Below are positions 55,325 through 64,000 of a stretch of DNA of 64,000 bases, in pieces. The translations under genes and the position numbers were made by a program. The stretch lies in NCBI GenBank assembly GCA_016218925.1, contig JACRCR010000109.1, positions 42,053 through 106,052 of the forward strand, in the 5' to 3' direction. Source of the stretch: Deltaproteobacteria bacterium. GTDB taxonomy: Bacteria > Desulfobacterota > Binatia > UBA1149 > CAITLU01. A model generated the notes under the pieces. The model was not told where the DNA came from, ran no database searches, and saw only the letters and a list, made by a program, of their open reading frames with translations. How positions within the stretch are numbered: the stretch's first letter is position 1; the number at the start of each line of letters is the position of its first letter.

Positions 55325-56020
55325 ATGAGATCGTACGACGTCGCGACTTCGTTTGTCGCCAGCATCGCCCGGGCCGGTTCAGGCATGCAGGTGGGCAGTC
55401 TCGGGCGTCGCCCGCAGATGCCGCTGGAACTGTACGAGTTCGAAGCGTGCCCGTACTGCCGCAAGGTCCGCGAAGCCCTCAGTGTGCTCGACCTCGACGC
55501 GATTGTTCATCCCTGCCCGCAAGGTGGTCGTCGCTTCCGCACCGCGGCGGCGGAGCGCAGCGGCAAGATGCAGTTCCCGTTTCTGGTCGATCCGAACACC
55601 GGCAAGGAGATGCTCGAGTCCGACGACATCGTGCGCTACCTGTTCGAGACCTACGGAGACGGGACGGTGCCGTGGGCGCTCGCGCTGCCTATCATCACCG
55701 ACGTATCCTCGGGGCTGGCCTCGCTGGCGCGCCTGGGCGCCGGCCGTTCGTGTCGGGCGGCCACGGCGCCCGCGCGGCCGCTCGAATTGTGGAGCTTCGA
55801 GGCGTCGCCGTTCTGTCGCCTCGTGCGCGAGCGGCTGTGCGAACTCGAACTGCCCTATCTGCTGCACAACGTCGCCAAGGGCAGCCCTCGCCGCGACGCG
55901 TTCGTGGCGGTCTCGGGCAGGATGATGGTGCCGTACCTGGCCGACCCCAACACCGGCAGCGGGATGTTCGAATCGGCCGACATCTGCGCCTACCTCGACC
56001 GTACCTACGCCCATGCCTGA
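55325..56020 (+). CDS. tandem glutaredoxin/GST-N-like thioredoxin-fold protein
   Basis: Two repeats, each carrying a 'CPYC'-type motif: 'LYEFEACPYCRKVREAL' and 'LWSFEASPFCRLVRERL'. Confidence 0.55.
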   Translation: MRSYDVATSFVASIARAGSGMQVGSLGRRPQMPLELYEFEACPYCRKVREALSVLDLDAIVHPCPQGGRRFRTAAAERSGKMQFPFLVDPNTGKEMLESDDIVRYLFETYGDGTVPWALALPIITDVSSGLASLARLGAGRSCRAATAPARPLELWSFEASPFCRLVRERLCELELPYLLHNVAKGSPRRDAFVAVSGRMMVPYLADPNTGSGMFESADICAYLDRTYAHA

Positions 56021-56261
56021 GCCCCGCCGCCCGCGGCGGGGTCAAGTCGCGCCTTTCGATTTGTCGCCTCGACCGGTCGCAGCCGAGAGCGAGGATAGAG
56101 GGGGGCCGGCGCGCCGCGGGCACGCCGCCGCGCGGGTTCGGGGCTCTCGGCCGGGCCGCCGCCCCGGGGACTTGGCCCACCAAGACGCAGCGCGAAGGTT
56201 GACTGTAGACACAGACTCCATAAGGGAGAGAGTGTCGGAGTCGGGCCCCTAAGGCACCTGG

Positions 56262-57428
56262 ATGATCCCCGGAACGATCAGTATCCTTCTCGTCGAGGAC
56301 GACGAAGACGATTTCGTCGTCACCCGCGACCTGCTCGCGGAGGCCCAGGGACGGACCTTCAATCTGGTTTGGGCGCGCACCTACGAGGACGCCGTCCGAG
56401 AAATCCGCGCGCGCCATTACGACGTATATCTGGTCGACTACCGGCTGGGTGGGCGAACCGGGCTGGACCTGCTGGCCGGAGAGCTCGAACAGGGCCGCCT
56501 GGGTCCTGTGATCATCCTGACCGGACAGGGGACCCACGACGTCGACGTCGAGGCGATGAAGCTCGGCGCGGCGGGCTATCTGGTAAAGGGCGAACTGCGC
56601 GCCGGCGAACTCGAACGCACCATCCGGTATGCCATCGAGCGGCACGAGGCGCTTCCGGGCGACGGACGCGGCATCGAGAACCAGCCCCACGTCAAGCGCG
56701 CGCGCGTGGTCGCGTTTCTCGGCGCGAAGGGAGGGGTCGGAACCACCAGCGTGGTTGCCAACGTGGCCATCGTGTTGGCCAACCGCGGACTGAGAATTAC
56801 CGCGATCGAGGTACGCGGCGACTACGGCGGACTGACACGCCTGCTCAACATCGCACCGCTCGGAGACCTCGGGCAGCTTCTGGCCGGAGACTCGGGTGTG
56901 GTCGACCCCGATACACTCGAAGAACACATCGCGCTGCACCCTACCGGGCTGCGGGTACTGGCCGCGCCGCAGTCGGTGGAGCACTTCCGGACGCTGAGCG
57001 CCGGTCAGGCCACGGCTATCATCGAGGCAGCCGCGGTCGGCACCGATCTGGTCCTGCTCGACCTGCCCGCGAGCGCGGTCGAGTCCAATCGCGAGGCCTT
57101 GCGTGCTGCCGACCTGGTGGCACTGGTGCTGGATCGTGAGCCGTCATCGCTCACGGCCGCGCGGGTGACGCTCGACCTTCTGCGGAGCTGGCGGATCGAG
57201 GCTCCGGTGGGCACCGTCATCGTCTCGCGCGTGACACTGCCCGAGGCGGTCCCGATCGCCGAGATCCACGCGCTGCTGTCGCTGCGCAAGTACGGGATCG
57301 TGCCGGCTGCGCCGGATCTGTTCTACCGTGCGGCCGCCAGTTACACGCCGATAGTGGTGAGCAGACCCGAGCACATCGTCTCCAAGGCCCTCGACGAACT
57401 CGCCCTGTGCATGTTGCTGCTTCGCTGA
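56262..57428 (+). CDS. response-regulator receiver domain fused to a CpaE/MinD-like (ParA-family) ATPase domain
   Basis: REC: 'ILLVEDDEDD...DVYLVDYRL...GAAGYLVK'. ATPase: 'VAFLGAKGGVGTTSVVANVA'. Confidence 0.8.
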   Translation: MIPGTISILLVEDDEDDFVVTRDLLAEAQGRTFNLVWARTYEDAVREIRARHYDVYLVDYRLGGRTGLDLLAGELEQGRLGPVIILTGQGTHDVDVEAMKLGAAGYLVKGELRAGELERTIRYAIERHEALPGDGRGIENQPHVKRARVVAFLGAKGGVGTTSVVANVAIVLANRGLRITAIEVRGDYGGLTRLLNIAPLGDLGQLLAGDSGVVDPDTLEEHIALHPTGLRVLAAPQSVEHFRTLSAGQATAIIEAAAVGTDLVLLDLPASAVESNREALRAADLVALVLDREPSSLTAARVTLDLLRSWRIEAPVGTVIVSRVTLPEAVPIAEIHALLSLRKYGIVPAAPDLFYRAAASYTPIVVSRPEHIVSKALDELALCMLLLR

Positions 57429-57440
57429 ACTGAAAGATCG

Positions 57441-58628
57441 CTACGCGGGTTTGGTCGCGAGCGCTTTGTCGAGAGCGGATCGCAGAGTCTCGGCCGCCTG
57501 GCCCGGTTGCGACCGGTGCTCCTGGACGAGCGCGCGCAGGCTGTCGGCGAGGATGCCGTCGCGGCCCGGATCGTCGATGACCTCGAGCGCCCGTTCGGCT
57601 TCGTCGTCGCGCCCCATGCGTATCATCAGGCGAGCGTATTGCAGCGCCAGTTCGGCGTCGCGCGGGAACCGAGCACGCAGCTTGGCGTAGATCTTCAGCA
57701 ACCGCGCGCTATCGGTCGGTTCGAGCAGACGCTCGAGAGCGGCGAGCACGACGGCGGTCGGTCTGCGCTTGGCGCTCTTGAGCAGCAGCCGCAGCGCCGC
57801 CCGTCTGCGCCCCTGCGAAGCCAGGATTTCCGCCCTCTCGACCACCGCCGGCGCGAAGTCGGGATTCAGTGCGACCACCGCGCGCAGTCCGGTCTCGCGA
57901 TCGGCGCCTTCGGAGTGCTCGATGGCGTGCATGCGGATTTCGACCAGGCGCTCGCGCTCGCCGCCGTCGTTGGGCAGCAGGTCGACGAGTCGTTGTTGCA
58001 CTTCTTCGGCGCGCTTCCACGACGAGGTCGCGACCAGCGCGTCTCTCAGCATCCGGTAGAGCACCACGCTGGCCGGGAAGCTGACGACAGCGCGTTCGAG
58101 CGCGCTGGCAGCGGCCGCGTTGTCGCCGAGCGCGCGGCAGCATCGCGCCAGTCCATGCAGCAGCAGAGGATCGCTGCCGAAATCGGCGAGGCCTTCTTCG
58201 AGCACCCGGCGTGCGTCTTCGAAGCGTCCCTCGGCGATGTAGGTCTCGGCGTGGTCGACTACGTCGCCGGCTACCGCGCCGCCGTGTTTCAAGGCTTGCG
58301 CGAGCAGCACGCGGGCCTTGCCGCACTGTCCCGCCAGCACCAGGCCTCTGGCTTCGGCCTTCAGCGCGGTGGCGCGCTCGGCGGCACGGCGCGCACGCTG
58401 GATACGCCACTGGCGAAGGGCCCAGCGGCCCTCACGGGCGAGCAGGACGATGAACACCAGCAACGCCCCGCAACAGACCGAGCCCACGATGAGCCACGCC
58501 AGCGGCATCGTGTACTCGTAGCCGGGAGCCAGCGTGAAGGTGGTGGGTTTGGAATTGAAGTAGACCAGACACGCCACCGCGGCGATCAACGCGATGGCGA
58601 GAAAGAAACTCGAGGTTCGGCGCAGCAT
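57441..58628 (-). CDS. membrane-anchored TPR-repeat protein (HemY_N/LapB-like architecture)
   Basis: Two N-terminal TM helices followed by multiple TPR-like helical repeats. Confidence 0.55.
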   Translation of the reverse strand: MLRRTSSFFLAIALIAAVACLVYFNSKPTTFTLAPGYEYTMPLAWLIVGSVCCGALLVFIVLLAREGRWALRQWRIQRARRAAERATALKAEARGLVLAGQCGKARVLLAQALKHGGAVAGDVVDHAETYIAEGRFEDARRVLEEGLADFGSDPLLLHGLARCCRALGDNAAAASALERAVVSFPASVVLYRMLRDALVATSSWKRAEEVQQRLVDLLPNDGGERERLVEIRMHAIEHSEGADRETGLRAVVALNPDFAPAVVERAEILASQGRRRAALRLLLKSAKRRPTAVVLAALERLLEPTDSARLLKIYAKLRARFPRDAELALQYARLMIRMGRDDEAERALEVIDDPGRDGILADSLRALVQEHRSQPGQAAETLRSALDKALATKPA

Positions 58629-58683
58629 TGTCAGGTGCCTGGTGGCGCGCCGCGCGGCTCCCGGCTGCTCCGGGACTGCGGGC

Positions 58684-59064
58684 TCACGCCAGTGCGATCT
58701 GTTTACCCGCCGCGTCGTCGTAGTTCCAACGAGGGGCCTGGTTCCACAGGCGCTCGAGGTCGTAAATCTGGCGGACGTTCGGCTGGAAGACGTGGACCAC
58801 GATCGATCCGTAGTCGATCAGCGCCCAGCGGCCGTTCTCCAGGCCTTCCACCGAGACCGGCTCGATGCCGTGGCGCTCGGCGAGTCCTTCGCGGATACGC
58901 GCGACGATGGCTTCGACCTGGATGTGCGAGCGTCCGGTGCAGATGACGAAGGCATCGGCGATGGACGAATGCTTTTCGAGATCCAGGACGACGATGTCGA
59001 GAGCTTTGCGATCCGCGGCGAGGTCCGCCACGGCGACGGCGAGTTCACGCGAGACGTCGTTCAA
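58684..59064 (-). CDS. rsfS: ribosomal silencing factor RsfS (Iojap)
   Basis: 'LDIVVLDLEKHSSIADAFVICTGRSHIQVEAIV...GRWALIDYGSIVVHVF'. TTG start overlapping the nadD stop (TTGA). Confidence 0.8.
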   Translation of the reverse strand: MNDVSRELAVAVADLAADRKALDIVVLDLEKHSSIADAFVICTGRSHIQVEAIVARIREGLAERHGIEPVSVEGLENGRWALIDYGSIVVHVFQPNVRQIYDLERLWNQAPRWNYDDAAGKQIALA

Positions 59065-59729
59065 TGGGCGCTTGCTCCGTAGAGTTGGTGCTGGTGGATG
59101 AAGCGGGCCACTGCCGGCCCGGTGAGATGTTCGATGGGAAGGCCGAGCGCGACGCGGCGTCTGACCTCGGAAGCCGAAACTTCGAGTCCGTGGATCGGGT
59201 GGCCTACGACCACGTGGCCGCTCTCGTGCAGGTGACAACCAACACTCGGATCATAGCGAGTCTCGCCGCGGGCAGCAACGGGGGGAGGTACCGCGGCTAC
59301 GTCGCATGCGCAGCCGGGCCTGCTGGTGACGATCAGATTGCACAGACGCGGGAGTTCTCGCGGGCGACTCCAGGTGTCGATCTCCGCGTAGGCGTCGGCG
59401 CCCAGGATCAGGAAGAGCTCTGCCGCGGGGTGGATGCGGGCGAGCTCTCGCAGCGTGTCGACGGTGTAGGACGGACCCTGCCGGCGTACCTCCAGGTCGC
59501 ACACCTGTAGCAGCGCGTCGCCGGCGGCTGCCAGCGCCAGCATCTCCATGCGCTGCTCGATCGGCGCCGGTGTGTGGTCGGGCCTGTGCGGAGGCCGCGC
59601 GGACAGCAGCAGCAGGACGCGGTCGAGGTCGAAGGCCGCCGCCACTTCGCGGGCACTGGCCAGATGACCGAGATGGACGGGATCGAAGGTGCCGCCGAGG
59701 ATGCCGAGGCGTAGCGGGTCAGCGCACAT
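59061..59729 (-). CDS. nadD: nicotinate-nucleotide adenylyltransferase
   Basis: 'LGILGGTFDPVHLGHL' (H/T)xGH motif. Confidence 0.85.
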   Translation of the reverse strand: MCADPLRLGILGGTFDPVHLGHLASAREVAAAFDLDRVLLLLSARPPHRPDHTPAPIEQRMEMLALAAAGDALLQVCDLEVRRQGPSYTVDTLRELARIHPAAELFLILGADAYAEIDTWSRPRELPRLCNLIVTSRPGCACDVAAVPPPVAARGETRYDPSVGCHLHESGHVVVGHPIHGLEVSASEVRRRVALGLPIEHLTGPAVARFIHQHQLYGASAH

Positions 59730-61008
59730 GCCCCTGACCGCGCACGACGTACTTGTAGGTGGTCAGTTCGCGCAGGCCCATCGGCCCCCTGGCATGAATG
59801 CGGTTGGTCGAGATGCCGACCTCGGCGCCGAAGCCGAATTCGAAACCGTCGGTGAAACGGGTCGAAGCGTTCTCGTAGACGGTCGCCGAGTCGACTTCGC
59901 GAAGGAAGCGATCGGCGCGCTCGCGCGAGCGTGTGACGATGGTGTCGGAGTGTCCAGAACCGTTCTGGTTGATGAAGTCGATGGCCTCGTCGAGGGAATC
60001 GACGACCTTGATCGCCAGAATGAGGTCGAGGTACTCGGTGTGCCAGTCCGCCTCGCTCGCGGTCGCGATGCCGGGCAGGATGGCGCGCGTGCGCTCGCAA
60101 CCACGCAGCTCGACGCCGGCCGCGCGCAGCCGCGGGGCCAGCATCTCCAGGAAGGGACGCGCGACGTCGGCGTGCACGAGCAGGTTCTCCATCGCGTTGC
60201 AGACGCCGGGGCGCTGAACCTTGGCGTTGAACGCGATGTCGGCGGCCATCGAAAGATCCGCGCCGGAGTCGACGTAGGTGTGGCAGATGCCTTCGTAGTG
60301 GCGGATCACCGGCACCCGCGAGTGTTCGGCGATGGCGCGCACCAGCCCGGGGCCTCCACGCGGAATGATGACGTCGATGGTGGCGTCCTGGCGCAGCATC
60401 GCTTCGGTGGCGCGGCGGTCGGTCGAGCGCAGCAGTTGCACCGAGTCGGGCGGCAGGCCGGCCGCGGTGATTTCAGCGGCCAGCAGGTCGGCGATCGCCG
60501 CGTTGGAACGGATCGCTTCCTTGCCGCCCTTGAGAAGTGCAGCGTTGCCGGACTTCAGGCACAGCGCCGCCACGTCGGCGGTCACGTTGGGGCGCGATTC
60601 GTAGATCACCCCGACCACGCCGATCGGGATGCGAACCTGGCGGATTTCGAGCCCGCGCTCGGTCGTCCACTCGCGGATGATTCCCTCGAGCGGATCGGGC
60701 AGCGCGGCCACGATGGCGACGCCGGCGGCCATCGCCTCGATGCGCTCAGGGGTGAGTGTCAGCCGATCGAGCAACGCCGCGCCGAGCCCGCCGGCGCGGC
60801 CGGCCTCGACATCGACCGCATTGGCCTGCGCGATCGCTCGCGCCTCCTGGCGAATGCGCGCCGCGATCCGCAGCAGAGCCCCACTGCGCTGCGCGTCGCT
60901 GGCGTGGGCGAGACGACGCGCGGCGGCGCGCGCGCGACGGCAGATGTCGGCGACGTGCCTCTCGATGTCGGCGTCTTCGTCGGAGCGCTGTGGCGCGGTC
61001 GTGCTCAT
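59719..61008 (-). CDS. proA: gamma-glutamyl phosphate reductase
   Basis: Aldehyde-dehydrogenase fold; 'IPIGVVGVIYESRPNVT' and 'NGSGHSDTIVT'. Confidence 0.9.
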   Translation of the reverse strand: MSTTAPQRSDEDADIERHVADICRRARAAARRLAHASDAQRSGALLRIAARIRQEARAIAQANAVDVEAGRAGGLGAALLDRLTLTPERIEAMAAGVAIVAALPDPLEGIIREWTTERGLEIRQVRIPIGVVGVIYESRPNVTADVAALCLKSGNAALLKGGKEAIRSNAAIADLLAAEITAAGLPPDSVQLLRSTDRRATEAMLRQDATIDVIIPRGGPGLVRAIAEHSRVPVIRHYEGICHTYVDSGADLSMAADIAFNAKVQRPGVCNAMENLLVHADVARPFLEMLAPRLRAAGVELRGCERTRAILPGIATASEADWHTEYLDLILAIKVVDSLDEAIDFINQNGSGHSDTIVTRSRERADRFLREVDSATVYENASTRFTDGFEFGFGAEVGISTNRIHARGPMGLRELTTYKYVVRGQGHVR

Positions 61009-62249
61009 CGATGTTTCTCTTCTTTTCCGTCGCTCTGCGCGCCCGATGCCAGCGTGTTCGCGGGACCTCGCACCTCGGTGGCGTCGGCGCGCGCGATCTG
61101 CGCCGCCGACGAGTCGGCGAGCAATACCAGGTCGTCCCTGTGTATCACCTCGTCGCCGGCGTGATAACCGAGCAACTGCTGGATCCTGGCGCTGGCCTGG
61201 CCGCACAGTTTCGCGCATTCCGAGGAGTCGTATGCTACCAGGCCACGGGCGATCTCGACGCCCGAGGGGGCGATGCAGCGCACCGCGTCGCCGCGCGCGA
61301 AGCTGCCGCGCACTTCGCGGATGCCAGCGGCGAGCAGGCTGCTACCTCTGCCGGTCAAAGCCTCGGCGGCGCCGGCGTCCAGCAGCAATTCGCCGCGCAG
61401 CGCCAGCCCGTAGGCGATCCAGTGCTTGCGTCCGGGGATCGTCACTCCGCGCGGCAGGAACAACGTTCCGGTGTGATCGTCGGGGTCGACGACGCGCGCG
61501 AGGGTTCCGGCTCTTGTGCCGCTGGCCACGATCGAGGGAATCCCGCGGTGCGCAGCGCTCCGCGCAGCCAGCAGCTTGCTCTTCATGCCGCCGGTGCCCA
61601 CTCTCGAGCCGGCGCCACCAGCGGCGCCGCTCTCGAGCCACGCATCGATGTCGTCGACTTCCTCGATCAGCGGAGAGTGGCCGAGACTCGGGTCGCTCGC
61701 GTACAGCCCGTCCACGTCCGACAGCATGACGAGCAGGTCGGCATCGACGAGTCCCGCCACCAGCGCGGAGAGGCGGTCGTTGTCGCCGAACTTGAGCTCG
61801 TCAATGGCGACCGAGTCGTTCTCGTTGACGATCGGCACGATGCCGTGGTGCAGCAGGTGTTCGAAGGTTCGCTTGGCGTTGAGGTAGCGCGTGCGATCCT
61901 GCAAATCGGCGGCGGTCAGCAGCACCTGGCCGACGTGCTTGTGGAAGTCCGAGAAGAAGCGCTCATAGAACGCCATCAAGCGGATCTGGCCGATCGCAGC
62001 TGCGGCCTGCTGCTCGGCGATGTTCTTGGGAACGCGCGTCAGCCCGAGCCGCGAGAGACCGGCCGCGCGCGCGCCTGAGGTGACGACGACGATCTGGAAG
62101 CCCTCATCGACCAGCCGCGCCAGTTCCGAGCTCAGGCGCCCGACCTGCTCCTGGTTGACACCCGAGGCGGTGGTCAGGATCGAACTGCCGAGCTTGACGA
62201 CGATGCGCCGGGTGCGCTCCAGGATCGCTCTCTTGTGTTCTTCATGCAT
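61005..62249 (-). CDS. proB: glutamate 5-kinase (with PUA domain)
   Basis: 'RRIVVKLGSSILT', 'VPIVNENDSVA' and C-terminal PUA domain. Confidence 0.9.
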   Translation of the reverse strand: MHEEHKRAILERTRRIVVKLGSSILTTASGVNQEQVGRLSSELARLVDEGFQIVVVTSGARAAGLSRLGLTRVPKNIAEQQAAAAIGQIRLMAFYERFFSDFHKHVGQVLLTAADLQDRTRYLNAKRTFEHLLHHGIVPIVNENDSVAIDELKFGDNDRLSALVAGLVDADLLVMLSDVDGLYASDPSLGHSPLIEEVDDIDAWLESGAAGGAGSRVGTGGMKSKLLAARSAAHRGIPSIVASGTRAGTLARVVDPDDHTGTLFLPRGVTIPGRKHWIAYGLALRGELLLDAGAAEALTGRGSSLLAAGIREVRGSFARGDAVRCIAPSGVEIARGLVAYDSSECAKLCGQASARIQQLLGYHAGDEVIHRDDLVLLADSSAAQIARADATEVRGPANTLASGAQSDGKEEKHR

Positions 62250-63297
62250 GGGAACTCTGGTCGCGCTCCGACTGCCCGAGCGCAGCGGCGGCGATGCGCC
62301 GCTGATCGACAGCGCCTCCGATGGCGCGCAGCAGTTCGCGGCAGCCCTGTCCGGTAGCCGCAGAGATCGCGTACACCTGATGGCCGCGCGCGCCCAGCAG
62401 GCGGCGCAGCTCGGGGAGTTGTTCGACCGCGCCGGGCAGATCCATCTTGGTGGCGACCAGCAGCAGCGGGCGCGCGCCGAGATCCTCGCCGTAGGCGTGG
62501 AGTTCGTGCTGAACCGTGTCGAAGTCCGCCACCGCCCGCTCGGCGCTGCACCCAGAGGCGTCGATGAGGTGAACCAGCACCGCCGTGCGCTGGATATGAC
62601 GCAGAAAGCGGTCGCCCAGGCCGAGGCCCTCGTGAGCCCCTTCGATGAGGCCCGGAATGTCGGCCAGCACAAAAGTCTTGTCGTCGGCCCAGCGCACCAC
62701 GCCGAGCACCGGCGCGAGCGTGGTGAACGGATAGTCGGCGATCTTGGGCCGCGCCGCGCTGACGCGAGCGAGCAGGCTCGACTTGCCGGCGTTGGGCAGG
62801 CCGACCAGGCCAGCGTCCGCCAGCAGACGCAGTTCCAGGCGCACCTCGCGCTGGACGCCGGGGGTGCCGGGATCGGCGCGGCGTGGCGCCTGGTGAGTTG
62901 CCGTGGCGAAACGCGCGTTGCCGCGCCCGCCGACGCCGCCGCGGGCCAGCAGTGCCACCTGGGCGTGCTCGGTCATGTCCGCGACGATCTGGCCGGTCTC
63001 GTCATCGACGAACACCGTCCCCACCGGTACGCGCAGGAAAACGTCTGAGCCTTTCTTGCCGTGCTGGTGCTTGCCGCGCCCGTCCTCTCCGCGCTCGGCT
63101 TTTATCGCGCGCTTGGAGCGCAGATCGAGCAGCGTGTTCTCGCCTTCGTCGGCGATCGCATAAACGCTGCCGCCGTCGCCTCCGTCACCGCCGGAGGGGC
63201 CGCCTTTGGGGCGATAGGCTTCGCGAAGGAATGCGGCGCAGCCGTCGCCCCCGTCACCGGCGACGACGCGCAAGCGCGCTTCGTCGACGAAATTCAC
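62242..63297 (-). CDS. obgE: GTPase Obg/CgtA
   Basis: Gly-rich N-terminal domain. G1 'GLPNAGKSS' and G3 'DIPGLIEGA'. Confidence 0.9.
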   Translation of the reverse strand: MNFVDEARLRVVAGDGGDGCAAFLREAYRPKGGPSGGDGGDGGSVYAIADEGENTLLDLRSKRAIKAERGEDGRGKHQHGKKGSDVFLRVPVGTVFVDDETGQIVADMTEHAQVALLARGGVGGRGNARFATATHQAPRRADPGTPGVQREVRLELRLLADAGLVGLPNAGKSSLLARVSAARPKIADYPFTTLAPVLGVVRWADDKTFVLADIPGLIEGAHEGLGLGDRFLRHIQRTAVLVHLIDASGCSAERAVADFDTVQHELHAYGEDLGARPLLLVATKMDLPGAVEQLPELRRLLGARGHQVYAISAATGQGCRELLRAIGGAVDQRRIAAAALGQSERDQSSHA

Positions 63298-63307
63298 AGG
63301 AACGCGA

Positions 63308-63562
63308 TCAGGCCGGGAGGACGCAGACTCGAGTGCGATCCTTGCCGAAAGGTTCGTACTTGACCACGCCGTCGTTGAGGGCGAAGAGGGTGTAGTCGCG
63401 ACCCATCCCGACGCCGGCTCCCGGATGGATGCGGGTGCCGAGTTGGCGGACCAGGATGTTCCCGGCCACGACGCTCTGACCGCCGTACTTCTTCACGCCA
63501 CGCCGCTGACCGCGGCTGTCGCGACCGTTACGGCTGCTTCCTTGACCTTTCTTATGCGCCAT
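63308..63562 (-). CDS. rpmA: 50S ribosomal protein L27
   Basis: '[16 protein letters not shown]...[11 protein letters not shown]'. Confidence 0.95.
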   Translation of the reverse strand: MAHKKGQGSSRNGRDSRGQRRGVKKYGGQSVVAGNILVRQLGTRIHPGAGVGMGRDYTLFALNDGVVKYEPFGKDRTRVCVLPA

Positions 63563-63577
63563 TGGTCGTCTCCGAGG

Positions 63578-63889
63578 TCAGTCGACAGAGGTGATCTGCA
63601 CGGTGGTTTCGTACTGGCGGTGTCCGCGGCGGCGCCGGTAGCCTTTGCGCCGCTTCTTCTTGAAGACCAGGATGCGCGGGCCGCGATCCTGCTCGACGAT
63701 GACGGCCTTGACCGAAGCGCCCTCGACCAGAGGGGCCCCGACCTGTACGTTGCCACCGTCTCCGAGGAGGAGTACCTCGCGGAACTCGACGTTCTGGCCT
63801 GGGTCGCCGACGAGCTTCTCAATCGTCAGGCGCGCGCCCGGGCTCACTCGGTACTGCTTTCCACCGCTTCGAATCACCGCATAGGACAT
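63578..63889 (-). CDS. rplU: 50S ribosomal protein L21
   Basis: 'MSYAVIRSGGKQYRV'. Confidence 0.95.
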   Translation of the reverse strand: MSYAVIRSGGKQYRVSPGARLTIEKLVGDPGQNVEFREVLLLGDGGNVQVGAPLVEGASVKAVIVEQDRGPRILVFKKKRRKGYRRRRGHRQYETTVQITSVD

Positions 63890-64000
63890 CGTCAAATTCC
63901 TCGAAAGTCCCGCAGACTGGCAAGGGGGGCGTTTGAAGTCAACGCGCGGGTACGGCCGGGCTGGCCGTAGCGCGACCCGCACCGGGAGACTGCGCGCGCA

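Noticed and set aside
51524-63048. Long alternative-frame ORFs across the arsA, proA/proB and obg region (e.g. 51524-52642, 53653-55464, 55695-56984, 57507-58946, 59689-61164, 60756-62078, 62020-63048)
   Set aside because: Each is antisense or out of frame to a confidently assigned housekeeping gene and has the Arg/Gly/Ala-rich composition of spurious high-GC ORFs.
1-64000. CRISPR arrays and rRNA/tRNA genes
   Set aside because: No spacer-repeat periodicity of 28-37 bp units was seen. The tandem repeats present (18, 21 and 93 bp) are coding and lack unique spacers. No rRNA-like or cloverleaf tRNA sequences were recognised.

Overview
The window is high-GC (about 70%) bacterial chromosome, probably Myxococcota/deltaproteobacterial: it carries Myxococcus-type cysteine-rich repeats (TIGR02232-like), a gldG/DUF4340 ABC operon and a response-regulator fused to a CpaE-like ATPase. 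The core genes are syntenic housekeeping: rsmA and mutM, a peptide ABC transporter split by a YihY gene, an mltD-like LysM transglycosylase, a heme cluster (ccsA-like, hemA, hemC, cobA/hemD, hemB), hisC, polA, an ECF sigma/anti-sigma pair, crcB with DUF190, a sulfur-carrier-protein Cys/Thr cluster under a SAM-I riboswitch, and nadD-rsfS-proA-proB-obg-rpmA-rplU. Between hisC (ends 17250) and the gldG operon (from about 31650) lies a lower-GC, roughly 14-kb accessory island with mobile-element scars: an IS5-family transposase remnant at the left edge, an IS200/IS605 tnpA with terminal hairpins, a decayed gldG paralog fragment and a truncated PIN gene. The island holds two candidate systems. One is a four-gene, translationally coupled minus-strand operon (24778 to 17549): a 2-TM membrane protein, a 604-aa STAND-like protein without an intact P-loop, a NACHT NTPase with a C-terminal FGE-sulfatase domain, and a sodium:solute symporter. 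The other is a ParB/Srx-like nuclease-domain protein overlapping a Dam-class N6-adenine methyltransferase. No rRNA, tRNA or CRISPR array was found. All calls rest on reading the sequence and motif recognition only; no searches were run.
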